Shown: positions 48,672-57,761, numbered from the stretch's first letter. The stretch: 64,000 nucleotides of DNA from Candidatus Heimdallarchaeum aukensis (GCA_021513695.1 CP084166.1:2656001-2720000), one strand, 5' to 3'. The notes: generated by a model from the sequence alone, not told the origin. Made by a program: numbers and translations.

Positions 48672-48778
48672 TATTCCATAAATAAGAAAATTGTTTTTAA
48701 ATTTAAGTTTTCACAACTTATTAATCAACGATTTAAAAGTTCCTGTTGTTAAACCTATAAGTATTTATTCAATTCTTT

Positions 48779-49927
48779 CTATTTATCCTTTTTCTTTTCA
48801 ATATAGGAATAGAAGATTGTATCTATTTCATTTAGTATTATTAGAATTTTTTCTAAGTTAACTTTCATTAAGGAATTGTCAGGCATATTTACTTCAGTTT
48901 CAAAAATTAATACTTGAATAGGATTTCGTAGCCCATCAATAAGAGTTTCTAAATAATCATAACTGTTCTCTAGAAAAGAAAACATTTTGTTACTTTTATC
49001 TTTTTCAACTTCTATTTCCTTATTTCTAGATCTTAACTTACTCTTAATATTAAGTACTCTTAAGGTAAAATATGAAATTATTATAGTTGCAAATCCCAAA
49101 AAAATTTTTATGAATAGAATTAAGTAGTTTTCTTCAGTCTCGAAATAGTTTCTTAAACAATCGTAGTATGATGAATCTTTATCTTGTTTAAGTTCAGAGA
49201 GATAGTGATCTATTGTTCCAAGTAAATAATACTTATTTAAATTATCTTTTCCTGAAGAAAATTTCAAACTAAGAGGGTTAAAAATTATATCTAGCTCTCT
49301 AACTTTTGTGTTTTTCAATTTATAATTATAAAATAAGTTATTTACAACTCCTGCATCTAACTTGTGCTTATCTTCTAAATCTTCAATTAAGTCATCGTAA
49401 TTTTGATACTCTATAAAGGAGCTTTCTATTTTGTATTCATTGAGCAAGTTCTTAATTCCATTATTACTTTTATACATAGGATCATCAACTACAACTCCTA
49501 TTCTTTTATGATGAAGATCAAAAATTGTGTGTATTTCAGAACTAGTTGTTACTACTACTCCCATAGTTGATATAACTGTTTCATTGTTAAATTCTAGACT
49601 ATTATATGTATCAAAAGAGTAGTCAACTGCTAGAATAATGTCAATCTCATTACGAATTGTTTTATTATACACATCAGAAAAAGTTCCAAAATAATAATTG
49701 ATTTTCCAATTTACTTTTAAACCAATATATTCGATTAGATCAATAAAAATCCCTTTTATTGCATCATCTTCTTTAAATGAAAAGGGAGGATTATTGTAAA
49801 TACCTATAGAAACTTCTGTTTGATTGACATCAAAATTGATTGAGGATACATTAATGTAACCTATAGGAAATATAAAGAAACAAACAATAAGAAAAAAAAT
49901 AAAAGGTTTTTTTTTGTATAAATTCAT
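48779..49927 (-). CDS. membrane sensor-like protein: extracytoplasmic SBP_bac_3-like domain + TM + short degenerate HisKA-like tail (no ATPase domain)
   Basis: It begins with a signal/anchor (PFIFFLIVCFFIFPIGYI). A solute-binding-like region follows (IGIYNNPPFSFKEDDAIKGIFIDLIEYIG), then a TM segment (LILFIKIFLGFATIIISYF). The ~100-aa tail contains LIDGLRNPIQVLIF, which resembles HisKA_2 HRVKNNLQVI but has no His. Confidence 0.45.
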   Translation of the reverse strand: MNLYKKKPFIFFLIVCFFIFPIGYINVSSINFDVNQTEVSIGIYNNPPFSFKEDDAIKGIFIDLIEYIGLKVNWKINYYFGTFSDVYNKTIRNEIDIILAVDYSFDTYNSLEFNNETVISTMGVVVTTSSEIHTIFDLHHKRIGVVVDDPMYKSNNGIKNLLNEYKIESSFIEYQNYDDLIEDLEDKHKLDAGVVNNLFYNYKLKNTKVRELDIIFNPLSLKFSSGKDNLNKYYLLGTIDHYLSELKQDKDSSYYDCLRNYFETEENYLILFIKIFLGFATIIISYFTLRVLNIKSKLRSRNKEIEVEKDKSNKMFSFLENSYDYLETLIDGLRNPIQVLIFETEVNMPDNSLMKVNLEKILIILNEIDTIFYSYIEKKKDK

Positions 49928-50316
49928 TTTTCTAACACAATACAGAAAATATTATTATAGTATTCTAAGTATTTCATCTTAATAAAAATTATGATGTGCT
50001 AATTTTTGAACTTTAAACATAAAAAAGTTCTTTACTAAAATGATTCAAATTATTTGTTAAATTAAATTAAGGTACAAGATATTTGGAAATCAAAACATAT
50101 GCAAATGATTTATTTAATAAAGAAATAATTTATCCTAATACATTATATTAGTTACTGCTGTAACAACGATCTCTGTTAATAACTTTTTTTTTCATAATTT
50201 GCAATTAAACTCTTTATGTAATTCTTTTAATGTCAACTATATTACCACTTAAAAACAAAATTTGTCAAATAATAATATTTATTTTTTTCAGTATTATAAA
50301 TTTTAATAGATAATAA

Positions 50317-50676
50317 ATGAAAATTTTAATCGTGGACGATGATGAAAATATTCGATTTATTTTTTCTAAAGTGTTACAAGGTTATTGTATTAAAACAGCA
50401 ATTAATGGTTTAGAAGCTGTTGAAACTTCGATATCTTGGAATCCTGATTTAATACTAATGGATATTCGTATGCCTATAATGGATGGTATTGAAGCAGCAA
50501 TAAAAATTAAAAATATTAACGAAAATCAGAAAATTATTGGAATTTCAGCTTATAGTGAAATAGAATCTGAACATTTGGAAAACAATCCATTTACTTCTTT
50601 TTTACGAAAACCAATTTCAATTAATCAATTACGTGAAGAAGTGGAAAAGTATTTACAACATAATAAATTTTTGTAG
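50317..50676 (+). CDS. single-domain response regulator (CheY-like receiver)
   Basis: It has MKILIVDDDENIR, the phospho-acceptor context DLILMDIRMPIMDG, and a conserved Lys in FLRKP. It is 119 aa. Confidence 0.85.
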   Translation: MKILIVDDDENIRFIFSKVLQGYCIKTAINGLEAVETSISWNPDLILMDIRMPIMDGIEAAIKIKNINENQKIIGISAYSEIESEHLENNPFTSFLRKPISINQLREEVEKYLQHNKFL

Positions 50677-50863
50677 TTAAATTTTTATCTAATTTTCTTA
50701 ACAAACTTGGTTTTTTATTGAAAGAATAGTAATTAATCTTTATAAGATGCGATTAGCTCAGTATTACTATTCATTTAAACTATAAAATATATTGATACGA
50801 AGTGTATCTTAATCTTTATTAATGAGAAAGAGAAAAGTATACACTTAACAAAGAGGGAAACAA

Positions 50864-51625
50864 TTGGAATTGCTAGGTATAAACTCTTTACCTTCAATTG
50901 AAATATCCTTGAAAAGAAAAGAAAGAATCAAAGAAAGTAAAAGTCAACTAGTTTTAGGCTATCATGATGAAAAGTGGAATATTATAACTTCCACCGATCG
51001 AAGAGAAGAAATAGAAAATTTAAAGACTTACAAAGGAACTACAGTTATCTCCTCATTGGTAAATAAAGGTAAGATAGTAAGTGAAGATACATTAAGAAAA
51101 CAGCTGTTCCAAAAATACTGGTTTTTCAGTATGAAAGGAGATGTAAATATTATAAAGTTGGTCGATGATATTTATAACCGTAGCTTTCCCATTTTTTTAG
51201 AAAATTTTGTTCCTAATTCTGATTCTGAAGAAGAGTTAATTTTTTCAATCATTCTAGAAGGTATTTCTAAAATCAGATATAATATTCATGAAGAAAAAAT
51301 AGCTCTTAAACTTAAAGAAATACTTAGTTGGATTGAACCTTATGGAAAAATATGTTTTTTGCTCTCTGATGGAAATTCTATGTTTGCATATAGATCTGCT
51401 CCTGCTCTATACTATAACCAAGTAGAAAAACCTCTGTTCTCTAGTATTTCTGTTTCTCTTGACATGTATGAACTAAATTTACATACTAAAAATCTGAAAA
51501 AATTAGTTCTCATATCTTCGTCCCCGAAAGAGAGAGAAAATTGGTCTTTGATGGAAAGAGGAAAAGTTTACTGCTTTTGTGGTGGAGAAGATATAAGCAA
51601 TAAAGAGAAAGTCTATTGGAGATAA
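50864..51625 (+). CDS. YafJ-like class II glutamine amidotransferase-fold protein lacking the Cys1 nucleophile
   Basis: The N-terminus M-ELLGINS compares with YafJ MCELLGMS. ICFLLSDGNSMFAYRS compares with FNMLLSDGRYVMAYCS, and the C-terminus WSLMERGKVYCFCGGE compares with WQKIMPGEWRLFCLGE. The YafJ sequence is recalled from memory. The gene has a TTG start with an in-frame TAA 18 nt upstream. Confidence 0.4.
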   Translation: MELLGINSLPSIEISLKRKERIKESKSQLVLGYHDEKWNIITSTDRREEIENLKTYKGTTVISSLVNKGKIVSEDTLRKQLFQKYWFFSMKGDVNIIKLVDDIYNRSFPIFLENFVPNSDSEEELIFSIILEGISKIRYNIHEEKIALKLKEILSWIEPYGKICFLLSDGNSMFAYRSAPALYYNQVEKPLFSSISVSLDMYELNLHTKNLKKLVLISSSPKERENWSLMERGKVYCFCGGEDISNKEKVYWR

Positions 51626-51719
51626 TAGAATTATTTCTCCTAGATTTATTCTCGAAATAAAAGTTCTAATTATTAATGTCCTAAATAAAAAGTAAAAAAG
51701 AAAAAAAAAGAATTTGATG

Positions 51720-52844
51720 TTACCAGATGTAGAACAATGCTGTGTTTCCATCAAATTCCTGAGGAGCATCTACTCCATGATTTTTTGGATAGTTAGCAAA
51801 AGCATAATCAAAGACATCTTCCATTGGAGTAGTAACATCTCCATTAAAGTGTCCGATTAGGGTGTATTCAAGGAAATAGTATGTCCACATTCCATTTTGA
51901 TGTTCAGAGTCATCATAACCGTATCCTCTCTCTGTACAGGTAGTAGTAAGATAAACATGTTCACTATTTGGCATGTTCATCAAATCATCTCCAAACCCTC
52001 CAGAGTAGCAATGGTCTAAAAAGACGAAAATTCTATCTGCAACAGCATTATCTAAAATTGCTGCTAACTCTGTATCATAGAGATTTCCATCTTCTCCGTT
52101 TTCTCCTGAACTGCAGTCCCACATACATAAGTAGGAAGACCCTCTTCCATTACCCGAACCATGACCACTACTGATAAATGCAATTACATCATCACTATCA
52201 GCCGAAGCAACCATGTCTTGTAAGGCTTGCTTTACATTATATTCTGTAGCTAGGCCATCATATTTTGGGTAATTATCGGTATGTCCATCACCGAGAACAA
52301 CTATGTGCTCATATCCAATTCCATTCAAATAATTATACCAATCGGTTGCATCTTCGTCACAATAAGAGAGATCACTTATTGCTTTGTAGTCGCTAATGCC
52401 AACTAAAACTGCCCAATGCTCTACTTCAGTAGAGGGTGGTGGAGTAGCATCATTTGCAACTGTTACAGAAATGGTGTCAGAACCAGTTTGTCCACCACTA
52501 TCAGTAGCTGTTGCTTCAATTGTGTGAGAACCATCAGCATAAGCTGTTGTATCCCAATCATATTGATTTGCATGAACAATGAATACACCGTCTATATAGA
52601 TATCTGCTATGAGATCTCCATCTTCTTTATCAGTAGCTGAAACTAAAATAGTAACAACTCCACTAACTGTATCTCCATTAGATGGAGAATCAATGGAAAC
52701 TGTAGGAGCTTTATTTAGACCAGGTGGGACAAGAGGTTTTGCTCTCACATTAGCCTGAGTTTGTAATGGTATCATAGTAATAAGAAAAGCTCCAATCACC
52801 AAAACTGTAAATATTGTTATCTTTTTTTTCATTTTTTTCACCAA
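51720..52844 (-). CDS. secreted caspase-like (peptidase C14 / clan CD) protein with N-terminal Ig-like domain
   Basis: It has a signal peptide (ITIFTVLVIGAFLITMIP) and an Ig-like segment (SIDSPSNGDTVSGVVTILVSATD...HTIEATATDSGGQTGSDTISVTV). The caspase-fold motifs are HWAVLVGISDYK, the His-Gly dyad in FISSGHGSG, and the catalytic Cys in FLDHCYSGGF. Confidence 0.6.
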   Translation of the reverse strand: MVKKMKKKITIFTVLVIGAFLITMIPLQTQANVRAKPLVPPGLNKAPTVSIDSPSNGDTVSGVVTILVSATDKEDGDLIADIYIDGVFIVHANQYDWDTTAYADGSHTIEATATDSGGQTGSDTISVTVANDATPPPSTEVEHWAVLVGISDYKAISDLSYCDEDATDWYNYLNGIGYEHIVVLGDGHTDNYPKYDGLATEYNVKQALQDMVASADSDDVIAFISSGHGSGNGRGSSYLCMWDCSSGENGEDGNLYDTELAAILDNAVADRIFVFLDHCYSGGFGDDLMNMPNSEHVYLTTTCTERGYGYDDSEHQNGMWTYYFLEYTLIGHFNGDVTTPMEDVFDYAFANYPKNHGVDAPQEFDGNTALFYIW

Positions 52845-53028
52845 ATAAACTTGGTTGATTGAAATTATTTAAACAATTATTTAAATACTATGTTAAAATT
52901 ATTTCACTTTTTTATTAACTAGTAATGCATAAAAGTAAAAAATAGCATAAAAGGCAAAAAAAATGACCTGACACCAAATATGAAGCAAAGAACATAATAT
53001 TTTGTTTTTTAAAAAAAAGAAAAAAGAG

Positions 53029-54048
53029 TTATGGAGCTTGAATTAGACCATAACCAAATTCTGGATCCCAACCAGGTTCACCAAGATCTAAAGCATTGTT
53101 GATTAACCAATCTTTAACTGCAGCAGGATCTCTTTGTCCACCCATTGCTAGATAGAGAGCAACTAAACCACTTACATGTGGGCAAGCCATGGATGTACCA
53201 GAGAGTGTATCATAACCTCCGTTTTTGTAGGTGGAATAAATACTTACTCCAGGAGCAGCAAAATCTAGAAATGGACCAGAGTTTGAGAAACTGGCAATTG
53301 TGTCGTCTTTGTCCGTTGCTCCAACAGCTATAACTTCATCGTATGCTGCTGGCCAACTGTATTCGTCAGTTGTTGGATCACCATCTCCTTCATTTCCTGC
53401 AGCTGCTACAATAGTAATTCCAGCGTTATAAGCATCGATAATTGCATTGTGAACTTCTTCACCAGGGTCTCCAGAAGCGCCTAGAGACATGCTAATAACA
53501 TCAGCATCGTCTTCTGTACCAACAACACCATCAGGCCCTTCCATTGCAAGATATATTCCTGTGATTAAATCATCCCAATCTCCACGACCGCCAGCTCCTA
53601 GAACCTTTATGGCATAGATTTGGACATTAGCATACATACCTACTACTCCATTGTTGTCTCGAATAGCTCCTATTGTTCCAGCTACGTGAGTTCCATGACC
53701 ATTTTTATCATCAGGATCTCCTCCTCCTGTAGCGTCAACAGCCCAAGCAATATTTGGCATTAAGTCTGGATGATCTAAATCGATACCAGAATCCAGAATA
53801 GCTACTTGAACTGCAGTTGTATATTGGTCACCATAATAAGCACCATTAAAAACTCGTTCGATACCCCAAGGAGTCTCTGGATCATCATCTTGCCAATCAT
53901 AAGTTGTATCATCTCCTCCTCCAAATAGCCAATCAGGAGGACCAGCAAGTGCGAAGGATTGTTTAGCGTAACTTGAAATGGGTACAGCGATTAGACCTAG
54001 TATTAGGGTTGCTAGTAATATACTTTTTATGCTTTTCATTTTTATCAC
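53029..54048 (-). CDS. secreted subtilisin-like serine protease (peptidase S8)
   Basis: It has a signal peptide and the catalytic triad motifs VAILDSGIDLDHPDL (Asp), HGTHVAGTIG (His) and SGTSMACPHVSG (Ser). Confidence 0.9.
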   Translation of the reverse strand: MIKMKSIKSILLATLILGLIAVPISSYAKQSFALAGPPDWLFGGGDDTTYDWQDDDPETPWGIERVFNGAYYGDQYTTAVQVAILDSGIDLDHPDLMPNIAWAVDATGGGDPDDKNGHGTHVAGTIGAIRDNNGVVGMYANVQIYAIKVLGAGGRGDWDDLITGIYLAMEGPDGVVGTEDDADVISMSLGASGDPGEEVHNAIIDAYNAGITIVAAAGNEGDGDPTTDEYSWPAAYDEVIAVGATDKDDTIASFSNSGPFLDFAAPGVSIYSTYKNGGYDTLSGTSMACPHVSGLVALYLAMGGQRDPAAVKDWLINNALDLGEPGWDPEFGYGLIQAP

Positions 54049-54292
54049 TTTTTATATGGTTGTGTTCAACCAAAAGAAAGTTCATATTATCTTATAAAAA
54101 CATTGTGTCAAATTTTTATAAGTAAATACTTATTTGAAAAAACGGCGCACTTGCTTGCCTTAGTTTAACAAATTGTTTGCCTTACAAGTTTCTGAAAAAA
54201 GGAGTTTAATTGCGGGGTAACAGTTGTTTTTTGATACCTACAAAAAAGTTGGTTGAGACAAAGGGATAAAAATATAAATGTTAATTTGAAAT

Positions 54293-54793
54293 ATGTCTCT
54301 GAGTAACATGCAATTGAAAAAGAAATTGTTATTATTAATTATTGGTTTCATAGTATTTAGTTCTTTAGTGAGAGCGCTTCCTCAAGATGATTCAGTTTCA
54401 ACTAACTCTACAGATAATTTGTTGAGACTATCACTTTATGATGCTTCTTATAACGATTTTGATGATGATGGAAGAATGGATGATGTTGAGTGTTTTCTTG
54501 ATATCATGATTTCAGATGACTTGAACAGGAAAAATTTTATCTGTGATATATCAATTTATCTGCCTAATGGAGATAGTTATGAATATAGTATCTTAGTATC
54601 TATGAAGTATGATAGCATAACACTCAGAATCGTTTTCATGAATCATGCATATGTTTCTGGAGATTATAGAATCAAAGTGGAAATAAATTTATTTACATCT
54701 GGTTTCTACTATGATGAAACAGAAATAGTTTTTGATCCACCAAGTGAAGAAATTCCTGATGATGAACCATTTATAACTTACTCCACAGTATAA
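54293..54793 (+). CDS. hypothetical secreted/anchored protein
   Basis: It has an N-terminal hydrophobic segment (LLLLIIGFIVFSSLV) and an acidic C-terminus. I recognised no family. Confidence 0.4.
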   Translation: MSLSNMQLKKKLLLLIIGFIVFSSLVRALPQDDSVSTNSTDNLLRLSLYDASYNDFDDDGRMDDVECFLDIMISDDLNRKNFICDISIYLPNGDSYEYSILVSMKYDSITLRIVFMNHAYVSGDYRIKVEINLFTSGFYYDETEIVFDPPSEEIPDDEPFITYSTV

Positions 54794-54844
54794 TTATAAT
54801 TTAAAGAATATATTTTAAAAAATTCTGAAAGCAGTTGCTAGAGG

Positions 54845-55969
54845 GTGCCTATTGGATTGATTACAAAAACAGACTACCAATTACTAATCTTATTGCAATC
54901 TAAGCCTACAATTAGCTATTCTGATATTGCACGCATTTTTAATATAAGTTCAGCAACTGCAAAAAGAAAAATTGTTGAATTAAGAAATAAAGGATTATAT
55001 TCTGGTAAGTATGCACAATTTTATCCTACAGCTTTAGGGCTGAATAAATTTATAGTGGTTTCTTTTGTTAAGAGTATTAAGCAAATTTTAATGCTTGAAA
55101 AAGCTCTACGAGAACACCCTTATACAATTCACAGATCAAGGATTTATTCGCCTAAACTAGGTATCTACTCTGAATTTAATTTTCCAATGGAGAATACAAG
55201 TTTTTTAGAAGAGTTTTTTGACAATCTAAAAAATGAAAAGGTGATTGACTCTTTCACCATTTTTGAATCAACCCATATTGAGAAAACGTTACCATTAAAT
55301 CTCAATAAAGTTAGTTTAGATACTCTTAGTTGGGAATATGATTGGAATACCTTAAAAGAATCCTTAGACAAAACAGAAAAAGCTGTTATTCCTGTTCCTC
55401 CCCGAAATATGCTTAAATCTATGAAAGAACTTGATTTTAAGATCTTAAGCATTCTTACCGTTAATGCAGATTATTCTCAGAGAGAGATAAGTCGGATGTT
55501 AAAAAGAGATAGAACTGAAGTTTGGAGAAGATTCAAGTTTCTTGAAGAGAATATTATATCTGGATATCGTTCCAAAATTAATCGTCAAAAATTTAACATC
55601 ACAAGCAATAAAATCATTTTCTTAAGGTTTGAAGATGAGTTGGAACTCTGGCAATATTTTTCTCTTCTTTCTGACGAACAACTGCGCCCTCCTTTTCGAT
55701 ATAGAATAGAAATATTAAAAGAAAAAAATTCTATGAAGAAAATCTTTCAAATTTATATTTCACTTCCTCAAAATCATGAGGCCCAGTTATTTTACTTTAT
55801 TGCAGATAATACGGATTTTGAGAGTTATAATATTGATACAGTAGGTACTCATGGTGTAAGATATTCCTTTTATGAACCTAATTTTGATTATAATGATTGG
55901 GAATGGAAAATAAACAGAAAATATGTTGTAACTGACCCTATTAGAAATATTATACCTAAAAAAATCTGA
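54845..55969 (+). CDS. tandem-duplicated Lrp/AsnC-like transcriptional regulator (two HTH modules in one chain)
   Basis: The first HTH_AsnC-type module is DYQLLILLQSKPTISYSDIARIFNISSATAKRKIVELRNKGLY, and the second is DFKILSILTVNADYSQREISRMLKRDRTEVWRRFKFLEENII. Each is followed by an ~80-100-aa RAM-like stretch. The gene has a GTG start. Confidence 0.55.
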   Translation: MPIGLITKTDYQLLILLQSKPTISYSDIARIFNISSATAKRKIVELRNKGLYSGKYAQFYPTALGLNKFIVVSFVKSIKQILMLEKALREHPYTIHRSRIYSPKLGIYSEFNFPMENTSFLEEFFDNLKNEKVIDSFTIFESTHIEKTLPLNLNKVSLDTLSWEYDWNTLKESLDKTEKAVIPVPPRNMLKSMKELDFKILSILTVNADYSQREISRMLKRDRTEVWRRFKFLEENIISGYRSKINRQKFNITSNKIIFLRFEDELELWQYFSLLSDEQLRPPFRYRIEILKEKNSMKKIFQIYISLPQNHEAQLFYFIADNTDFESYNIDTVGTHGVRYSFYEPNFDYNDWEWKINRKYVVTDPIRNIIPKKI

Positions 55970-56098
55970 TTTGATTCCTGAATTATCAATTAAAGCTAAA
56001 TTATTGGAAAACATTTCTAATTTTTCTTTTTCTGTCACAAAGTCTTAAAGAAATATATTTAAAGAAATTAGATAGTCTTTGAATTAGAGGAAAGAAAA

Positions 56099-57409
56099 AT
56101 GAATATAATGAATGACATTAATGATTCTGACCCTATAGTAGCTGATACAATTTTAAAAGAACTAAAGCGTCAAGAGGAAGGAATCGAACTTATTCCTTCT
56201 GAGAACTACACCTCAAGAGCTGTGTTGCAAGCAATTGGAAGTGTATTTACTAACAAATACTCTGAAGGTTATCCTAAAAAGAGATACTATGGTGGAAATG
56301 AAATTGTTGATGAAGTTGAACAGATAGCCATTGACAGAGCAAAAGAACTATTTGGTTGTGAGCATGTTAATGTACAACCTTATTCTGGTTCTCCTGCAAA
56401 TCAAGCAGTTTTTTTTGCTCTTTTAGAACTGGGAGATAAGTTTTTAGGCTTAAATCTCACTTCTGGTGGACACCTTACACACGGAAGCCATGTGAATTTT
56501 TCAGGTAAAAACTATACTTGTGTGAGCTATGATGTCGATAAAGAAACAGAAATGTTAGATATGGACTCAATTAGAAAACTTGCAATAGAAGAGAAACCCA
56601 AAATGATTATTTCTGGATTAACTGCTTATCCACGAGAAATTGACTTTAAAGCTTTTCAAGAGATTGCTGAAGAAGTAGACGCTTATCACTTTGCTGATAT
56701 CTCTCATATTGCAGGATTAGTCGCAGGAGGGGTTCATCCAAGTCCTGTTCCACATGCTGATGTGGTAACAACAACAACTCATAAAAGCTTGAGAGGTCCT
56801 AGAGGAGCTATTATAATGACCAAAATTGAAGATCGGTTACATGACAAATATCATTCAAATACGAAGAAGAACCTTGCTCAACTTATCGATTCTGCTGTTT
56901 TTCCAGGTCTCCAAGGAGGGCCTCATGATAATACAACAGCTGCGAAAGCAGTAGCTTTTGGAGAGGCACTTAAACCTGAGTTCAAAGAATACGCCTCGCA
57001 GATAGTAAAAAATGCTAAAACTCTTGCAGATGAACTAATGTCACTTGGAATTAAGTTGGTTACTAACGGAACAGATAATCATTTAATATTGATAGATCTC
57101 CGTCCAGAAGGATTAACTGGTCAAGGTAAACTAATTCAAAATGCTTTAGATGCAGCAGGAATAACAGTAAACAAGAATACAGTACCATATGAACCATCAA
57201 CACCATTCAACCCGTCAGGAATAAGGTTAGGTACACCTGCAGTAACTACAAGAGGAATGAAAGAGTCAGAAATGAAAGTTATTGCAGAAGGTTTAGCTAA
57301 AGTTATAAAAGCTAAAGGAGATCCTGAAGTTAGTGCTAAAGTTAAGAAGGATATCTTAGAACTTACAAAACAATTCCCATTATACCCTGGGATGAAAATA
57401 CTGCAATAA
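56099..57409 (+). CDS. glyA: serine hydroxymethyltransferase
   Basis: It has the PLP-lysine motif VVTTTTHKSLRGPRG. IPSENYTSRAVLQA and YYGGNE lie at the N-terminus. Confidence 0.92.
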   Translation: MNIMNDINDSDPIVADTILKELKRQEEGIELIPSENYTSRAVLQAIGSVFTNKYSEGYPKKRYYGGNEIVDEVEQIAIDRAKELFGCEHVNVQPYSGSPANQAVFFALLELGDKFLGLNLTSGGHLTHGSHVNFSGKNYTCVSYDVDKETEMLDMDSIRKLAIEEKPKMIISGLTAYPREIDFKAFQEIAEEVDAYHFADISHIAGLVAGGVHPSPVPHADVVTTTTHKSLRGPRGAIIMTKIEDRLHDKYHSNTKKNLAQLIDSAVFPGLQGGPHDNTTAAKAVAFGEALKPEFKEYASQIVKNAKTLADELMSLGIKLVTNGTDNHLILIDLRPEGLTGQGKLIQNALDAAGITVNKNTVPYEPSTPFNPSGIRLGTPAVTTRGMKESEMKVIAEGLAKVIKAKGDPEVSAKVKKDILELTKQFPLYPGMKILQ

Positions 57410-57420
57410 ATTTCCTTCTT

Positions 57421-57429
57421 TCTTTTTTT
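57421..57429 (+). terminator. oligo-T tract after glyA
   Basis: The sequence tcttttttt lies 12 nt after the glyA stop. Confidence 0.35.
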
Positions 57430-57442
57430 ATAGATTATAAAA

Positions 57443-57751
57443 TTAAACTCTTTTTCCTGAAAGGTTTAATTTATAGGTTCGAATTGTTTCTGGTTGAATA
57501 ATTTTACCTGTTGGAGTTATAAATGATAAAGCATCGAAGGGACATTGAACAATGCAAGTTCCACATTTTATACAATCTATTGAATTGACTATTTTCACTT
57601 TTTTTTCCTCTTCATCCATTGAATAGCAGTTACGATGACAGACATCTATACAAATTCCTGTTCCTTTACATTTTTCTTTATCTAAAAGTATTTTGTACTT
57701 GCTTTCTTCAATAATGTCATTTTTATATAACTTTGATGAAGATAAAAAGAT
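57443..57751 (-). CDS. ferredoxin-like 2x[4Fe-4S]-type ORF without a canonical start codon (not in the ORF track; possible non-canonical start or pseudogene)
   Basis: My manual translation of the minus strand gives ...IIEESKYKILLDKEKCKGTGICIDVCHRNCYSMDEEEKKVKIVNSIDCIKCGTCIVQCPFDALSFITPTGKIIQPETIRTYKLNLSGKRV*. The stop is at 57443-57445. The second motif, CIKCGTCIVQCP, is canonical. The first, CKGTGICIDVC, has Thr in place of the second Cys. There is no in-frame ATG, GTG or TTG between the upstream stop (57752-57754) and the first Cys (57668-57670). The only ATG (57617-57619) lies between the two motifs. Confidence 0.45.
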   Translation of the reverse strand: MFLSSSKLYKNDIIEESKYKILLDKEKCKGTGICIDVCHRNCYSMDEEEKKVKIVNSIDCIKCGTCIVQCPFDALSFITPTGKIIQPETIRTYKLNLSGKRV

Positions 57752-57761
57752 TTACAATTTT

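Noticed and set aside
49928-50316. A 390-bp AT-rich intergenic region contains a small inverted repeat (GTTAC-TGCT-GTAAC near 50152-50165). I considered it as an origin, ORB or ncRNA candidate.
   Set aside because: It shows no repeated ORB-like elements, no adjacent orc1/cdc6 and no GC-rich structured segment. It is most simply a divergent promoter region.
51503-51769. An 88-aa minus-strand ORF spans the gap between the GATase-like and caspase-like genes.
   Set aside because: It overlaps both flanking genes, derives from poly-A/T tracts (FFFLFYFLF) and shows no motif.
51720-54048. The higher-GC protease patch could be called a horizontally transferred island.
   Set aside because: I did not call it a mobile element. 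No integrase, tRNA, direct repeats or IS remnants flank it. Much of the GC excess can be explained by Gly/Asp/Ala/Thr-rich secreted-protein composition, and the LVIVD surface protein shows the same trend. I kept it only as a low-confidence compositional note.
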